A DNA stretch of 64,000 nt, from assembly GCA_021792365.1 (NCBI GenBank), contig JAJYUT010000002.1:452313-516312 (forward strand), written 5' to 3'. Under the pieces are notes generated by a model, which ran no database searches, had not been told where the DNA came from, and saw nothing but the letters and a program-made list of their open reading frames with translations. The DNA comes from Pseudomonadota bacterium. GTDB taxonomy: Bacteria > Pseudomonadota > Alphaproteobacteria > Dongiales > Dongiaceae. Shown here piece after piece: positions 61,901-64,000 of this stretch (its first letter is position 1; every line of letters starts with the position of its first letter). Made by a program: the position numbers and the translations under genes.

Positions 61901-64000
61901 CGATCTTCAGTTCGGTCTTGGCGTAGCCGATCGCGTCGACGCAGTGCAGCGCGTCCTCGAACTTGTCGAAGCTGTGGAGGTACCAGACATCGTCCTCCTT
62001 CTGCCCGGACGCGTCCGGGTCGTGGTCCCAGGGGAACCACTTGCCGCCGATCTGCTTGCCGGCGGTCTCGTCGTGGACCAGCTTGTTGTCCTCGTCGCAG
62101 AACGAGATCTCGACCTTGCAGGCGTCGGGGCTGTCGTCATCGACGCTCAGCTTCACGCTGCCGTCGGCATGGTCGCCGTCGACGTCGTAGCCGCGCACGG
62201 TGAAGTCGAACTTGAAGTTGTCTTCCCAGGCGCCCTTGCCGTTATCGTGGTTGTTGTCCCAGGGCTTGCCGTTGGTGTCCGGGTGCTCGAGCGGCTGGTG
62301 CAGGCAGAAATCGAACTTGCCGATGTTGTGCCCCTTGGTGTCGAGGCTGAAGGTGAAGACCTTCTCACCAGGGCAGCCCGCGATATAGGCCGTCCAACTC
62401 ACCACGCCGTTGGCGTCCGGGCCCGACTTTTCGAACGCGAGCGCCTTGTTGTCGATCGCGAACAGGCCCAGCCCGCCGACGACCGGGTGGCCTTCGGCGT
62501 TGAACGAGAGCGTGAGCACGGTCTTGCCCGCCGAGTCCTTGACCGTCAGGTCGCGGATCTCGAGATGGCCCGGCTGGTCGGTGCCGAAGTGGAACACCAC
62601 CTTGCCGTCGGCCTTGCGCCCGCCGTCATTGTCGCCCGGGCCGCCGTAATTGCCGTGGGGCAGCGCGTCCTCGTCGATCAAGCCAATGCCGAACAGGCTG
62701 TCGCAATCGTGGCCCCAATCGACCTCGCAGAACCTCGGCCCGTCATCCTCGATCCGCAGATCGACGTGCTGGATCGCATGGTCGCCGTCCTGGTCGGTGG
62801 CGCGGATATAGATGATCGGCTCGCCGTCAATGCCGACGATCGAGAACCCGTCGTCGTGCGCGCTCGGGAACGGGAAGAACGCGCCGTCGACGTCGTGGTT
62901 GATCTGGTGCAGCTGGAAGAAGCTGACCTGGCCGCCATCGTCGATGTTCAGCACGAACACCGCGGTCTCGCCGCCCGCGGCGTCGCCGTTGACGTCGACG
63001 TAGCCGACGACGGTCTGCGCATCGATCTGGCGCACCCAGACGGGCAGCACCGCGGGCTCCGCGCCGACGGCGCTCCAGGTGACCGTGGCGTTGGTCTGCC
63101 GGTCGGCGACAGTCAGGTGCGCGTCGGCCGTCGGGTAGCCGACCGTGCTCTCCTTGACCATGAAGAGCTCGAACGGATGCTCGTTCTCGCCGCTGCCGGA
63201 GAGCGCGCCATAGACCGAGTCGCGCGCCTTCGAGTTGTCCTTATCGAACTCCGTCGCGCCATCGGCGCCGAAGCTGACATGAGCCTGGGCAATGGCCGCG
63301 CCGATGGCACCGCCGAAGCTCTTGCCGTAGGGGACGTCGAAGCCGGCGTCCAGGATCTTGTCGCCCAAGTCGGCGCCGAGGTTGGAGACATAGGGATCGA
63401 AGATAGACACGTCATCGGAGAACGGCTGCTCGCCGAAGGTCTCGTCGTGGGTGATGTCGGCGTCCTTGAGGACGATCTGGAGGCCCTCGCCGCTGCCCTG
63501 GACCTCGCCGAAGAACGGGATGTCGTCGACCGCGCCGAGCGGCAGCACGCCGAAGCCCGAGGAGCCGTCGGAATCCGTGACCTTGAACTTCACCGGCAGG
63601 TCGAGGGTCTGCTCGTTCGCGCCGATCAGGCCTGCGGGCGCCTGGTTGTCGATGTTGTCGTGCAGCGTGAAGCTGACCTTGAACTCGCTCGGCGAGGTGT
63701 ACTCCTCGACGTGGATCTCAAACACCAGGCGCTCGGTGGCGTCGTCGTATTTGCCGTCCTTGTTGCTGTCGATGAAAGCGAAGATGCCGTTGCCATGCAC
63801 GCCGGGCACGGCGGGATTGATCGCGTAGCTGATCTTCTCGCCATCGGAGGTCAGCTTGCTCGGCAGCAGCGCGGGATCGACCGCGAGCTTGCCCGGAGCG
63901 TCGTCCTTGAAGTCGACGGTGATGAGCGCATAGGCGGTCGTGGGCTCGCGGTCGCCATCGGCGCCCTGGCCGTTCTCGTCCTTGTTGTCGAGGTCGCCAG
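52956..64000 (-). CDS. Giant T1SS-secreted RTX adhesin (DUF5801- and T1SS-143-like repeats, 2x VWA, Calx-beta, cadherin-like Ig, RTX repeats); 5' end outside window
   Basis: Frame is open from 63998 to the stop at 52956 (over 3,680 aa). Recurrent FEDDGP / DES / FGxDG / QYRAIxH / DxDGD repeats, two DNSGS MIDAS motifs, GGxGxD nonapeptides at about 53250-53420, and C-terminal DVISGF...DVIDL secretion-signal motif. Confidence 0.93.
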   Translation of the reverse strand, partial: GDLDNKDENGQGADGDREPTTAYALITVDFKDDAPGKLAVDPALLPSKLTSDGEKISYAINPAVPGVHGNGIFAFIDSNKDGKYDDATERLVFEIHVEEYTSPSEFKVSFTLHDNIDNQAPAGLIGANEQTLDLPVKFKVTDSDGSSGFGVLPLGAVDDIPFFGEVQGSGEGLQIVLKDADITHDETFGEQPFSDDVSIFDPYVSNLGADLGDKILDAGFDVPYGKSFGGAIGAAIAQAHVSFGADGATEFDKDNSKARDSVYGALSGSGENEHPFELFMVKESTVGYPTADAHLTVADRQTNATVTWSAVGAEPAVLPVWVRQIDAQTVVGYVDVNGDAAGGETAVFVLNIDDGGQVSFFQLHQINHDVDGAFFPFPSAHDDGFSIVGIDGEPIIYIRATDQDGDHAIQHVDLRIEDDGPRFCEVDWGHDCDSLFGIGLIDEDALPHGNYGGPGDNDGGRKADGKVVFHFGTDQPGHLEIRDLTVKDSAGKTVLTLSFNAEGHPVVGGLGLFAIDNKALAFEKSGPDANGVVSWTAYIAGCPGEKVFTFSLDTKGHNIGKFDFCLHQPLEHPDTNGKPWDNNHDNGKGAWEDNFKFDFTVRGYDVDGDHADGSVKLSVDDDSPDACKVEISFCDEDNKLVHDETAGKQIGGKWFPWDHDPDASGQKEDDVWYLHSFDKFEDALHCVDAIGYAKTELKIDLSGGSSDPEAAFGADGPGKVSPVSIVNCFGKDFCGEKTNLTDTKSGLPIFLYTVQECGETFVVGRVGGKDGPISFALHVSDSGNLELAQYRAIKHPDGCDSDESLTLLDCADNALIYLQVKVTDADGDAVIARQPLDGCDGNPSIVFQDDGPTVCGTDCKLTLAMDESEGHGHRPYDQNQHGFWGIKDGWTPENDEVLNKIAVECSGLETCPPPIGAAADNVAKLFKVDFGTDKGCVICYELTILNSNTSLTDTETGTCITLCTNQYGIVEGRDGCGNLVFAVWLDHDSGKIVTAQYRAIDHGDEEGGKGAHDEVKFLDDCTLGVTATAYDKDGDKDSKTVDISKGISFEDDGPVICATDCEVNLAVDESTAKHFLDIFPRDDDRDEPNGKQDGPAAENDEYPLSLVVDIFDAIFPGNVPDLIGFAHDNAEKLFKIDFGSDKGCSVCYDLTILCGDGKTNLRDTETGACITLVKHGDIVKGMAGNEVVFAIWIDADSGKLVMAQFRAIDHGDEEGKPGAHDEVACLDSGLLGVTVTATDKDGDSDCKTVDIGKGISFEDDGPVFEKVDWDRNESDDIDEDKLPEGIPGGPGDDGGDTKTSGKIKFDFGSDKPGHLEICELTVKDAAQNTVLTLSFDAQGNPVVGGSGLYAIDGEALTFVKSGPDAGTGVVTWTAYINGNEKVFTFTLDTAGSNVGAFEFCLHKPLEHPFQDDGKSQTETKYEDNFKFEFKVNGYDGDGDSAEGKIKISVDDDTPKVEECHGAKLNLAMDESLSLSQQDYDDLNHPNNTPADGSTVEGDVIDNAADVIKAALNGLPVFVPLPIGASADNVEKLFKVNFGADGGSACYELKILCEQTNLIDTKTGTPVTLCQAPSGVVYGVDGEGHLVFAVWLDQDSGDIVSVQYRAVDHGGTEPAPGAHDEVLFLGDGILGVKATATDNDNDKDSETVDIGCGISFDDDGPTTDLNLHHGAKIVLDESVAGSIWDIDLGDLNELDDWAGAPGDIGYAKVPAFLLFSEFTDFGTDGAADSNAKVFALSIPGGNGTPSGLVDAVTDQPIVLVLNGSGVIEGRVGNAGGELAFTISVDDDSGEVTVHQKRAVEHDNPNDHDESNSPEIMDPGKVLLNVTVTDGDNDSASDCVDLGSIIKFEDDGPKIQEFKLKNVSLVLDETVGGTGNSDDEADSPGDLDDIGYVTISANNLFSASVDFGTDGAAGANSKTFALAIGNANTGLVDTQSNQAVNLVNNGGVIEGRTAGSNELVFKIIVAADGSVTVHQYRAVEHNNSNDHDESGASAAVITGSNKLLLQMTVTDGDGDTATKSVDLGKIIKFEDDGPTANADCDSVKEGGPTIATGNVVTGVDVAVDPDANGTDGTADSMGSDKFGSISWKDTAENGNIDSNGVIQGLYGTLYVSANGDYEYVLDESKQAVKDLETGQQLQEVFNYTVKDGDDDKASSTLTIKIDGKSNPPEASVTLGANADPVCVPEDSEGVSIPVTASTTDGSHLTSIVITFPPSVAGFTIVWTGLDQANTSVTDTIGADGKLTILFDNATTTDFAGSFTVIPPADSDVDLGTVTAVVESESNFDPSLKDTANDDAFVQVDAVADGKDDANGGDGDPSVLSVTITAADSDDVGDKFSTNELGTLTLDATFDDFKDGSEAHQVTITAPAGFEFTGNFLSSLPAGVVKDPSSTATTLILKIDSKDGDGVDGVGSISDLQIEIKNVGAPSGTTADFTATATAVEKPSDQECDPDNNSQSVEAKAEVQSLDNLIPVAYDDKKCGDEAAPKNVNLLLVFDNSGSMNDPSGIPGVSKLEAAKQAAINMLNAYAATGGDVRVMLVTFNSGSDREPTWLSLQAAIDAIDDIPQSNGFTNYEAAIQDAIDGFEDTDGRGDFGTHDNLVYFLSDGEPTTGGGSGNRITEGTREDWDELLENNPIEHVYSVGLGTAIPNGANNQHLNDVADPDGNDGPPNTVIMVDDFNDLSATLAGTVGTLNEGNVLDGSIENDDSSPNGAVDGDGSAPTPGDADNVGDGFSHVSFFQYDHPTDNGLDITINWDGVGNVDPGEVSGGENTVINGTKVSFDTEHGRMTFDLSTGDYDFIAGAIDGGDKEEHFAYKITDDNGDQSNPADLTVCIKDVYVDKTPITYDDVASGSEPAPKNVNLLLVFDNSGSMNDPSGIPGVSKLEAAKQAAINMLNAYAATGGDVRVMLVTFNSGSDREPTWLSLQAAIDAIDDIPQSNGFTNYEAAIQDAIDGFEDTDGRGDFGTHDNLVYFLSDGEPTTGGGSGNRITEGTREDWDELLENNPIEHVYSVGLGTAIPNGANNQHLNDVADPDGNDGPPNTVILVDDFNDLSATLTGTIGEPIEGNILNGDNESDPDAPADKTPDNPGDGPAHLSYFEYDSANNDLDIKITWDGAGAVVIDGVANGKAAAINGKEVSFDTDHGRMTIDFSDGDFDFVPKNISGGDKTEVFDYKITDNDGDVSNTSQLKVTIENLPPVVSIDDTTVDEGSTSNLTVKLSEAVTTDTTFTVTFSKVGDTAGNGSDYTPTVVSVTVLAGATTASIPVNALPDGLVENDEQYSVVISGAPAGWTIADDTGTVTINDVVIRPSTNAVSGSGAEDAANIPVSLSGSDANGTVASFRIISLPANGTLYADAAHTIVIAANDTVLAVANAATLHFVPNPNFNGSPTFQYAAIDNHGLEDVTPATATITVTAVDDPTVANPDSIITAINDNSSFSVPHWALLANDSDADNALTISQITAFDGGSTFDDVTTGGGNVTVNTDSGFDPGDVGHFTYKAGNATAEVTVTAVSNGNITGTDDSEIIVDSDNSHIINAGKSNDIVFGNDGSDTINGGDGDDILDGGEGGDTYVGGAGNDTINVGDGHDTVRYTSALDGNDVISGFDASSNGGGQDVIDLNPLFDALGNPNEATRASRINIQTVGSDTVITVDAEGNGFGVGNDLRITVLGVTGLTMDDNNGDILYGNN
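54846..55450 (-). repeat. VWA-encoding 605-bp direct repeat, C-terminal copy
   Basis: Matches 55956-56560 (offset 1110 bp); three mismatches seen by eye. Confidence 0.9.
55956..56560 (-). repeat. VWA-encoding 605-bp direct repeat, N-terminal copy
   Basis: Matches 54846-55450; encodes NVNLLLVFDNSGS...FNDLSATL. Confidence 0.9.

Noticed and set aside
63809-63809. ORF-track start of the giant adhesin
   Set aside because: The frame stays open to the window edge (GDLDNKDENG...), so the true start and any retention module lie outside the window; LapG/LapD-type control cannot be assessed.

Overview
High-GC alphaproteobacterial chromosomal segment, probably Rhodospirillales-like (popZ, erpA, DUF1467, DUF2849/DUF934 and the dgt-SPOR-nagZ-scpAB-tat neighbourhood). 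Left to right: a secreted fasciclin gene cut by the left edge and absent from the ORF track; a cysG-DUF2849-cysI-DUF934 sulfite-reduction operon without cysH; zur; a LysR-controlled phosphonate operon combining phnW-phnA-phnY with a TmpA-like Fe/2OG dioxygenase and a PhnZ/TmpB-like HD oxygenase; a Na/Pi cotransporter; core genes (mce, tag, tatABC, fbpBC-like iron ABC genes, scpAB, nagZ, SPOR/ftsN-like, dgt, erpA, xth, lemA-TPM-TPM, valS, popZ, tolC, pcm, tRNA-Cys); and a type I secretion locus (TolC, HlyD, LapB-like ATPase). The T1SS locus is followed by a SAM methyltransferase and a giant RTX adhesin of more than 3,680 aa that runs off the right edge. The best candidate for an undescribed system is this locus. 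The methyltransferase resembles the rickettsial surface-protein lysine methyltransferases, and it sits between the T1SS and an adhesin that carries an unusual Cys-rich, Lys-containing block of about 1,230 aa, variable aromatic loops and a near-identically duplicated VWA domain. No CRISPR array, rRNA, transposase or integrase was seen. All family assignments come from motif recognition by eye; no database was searched.
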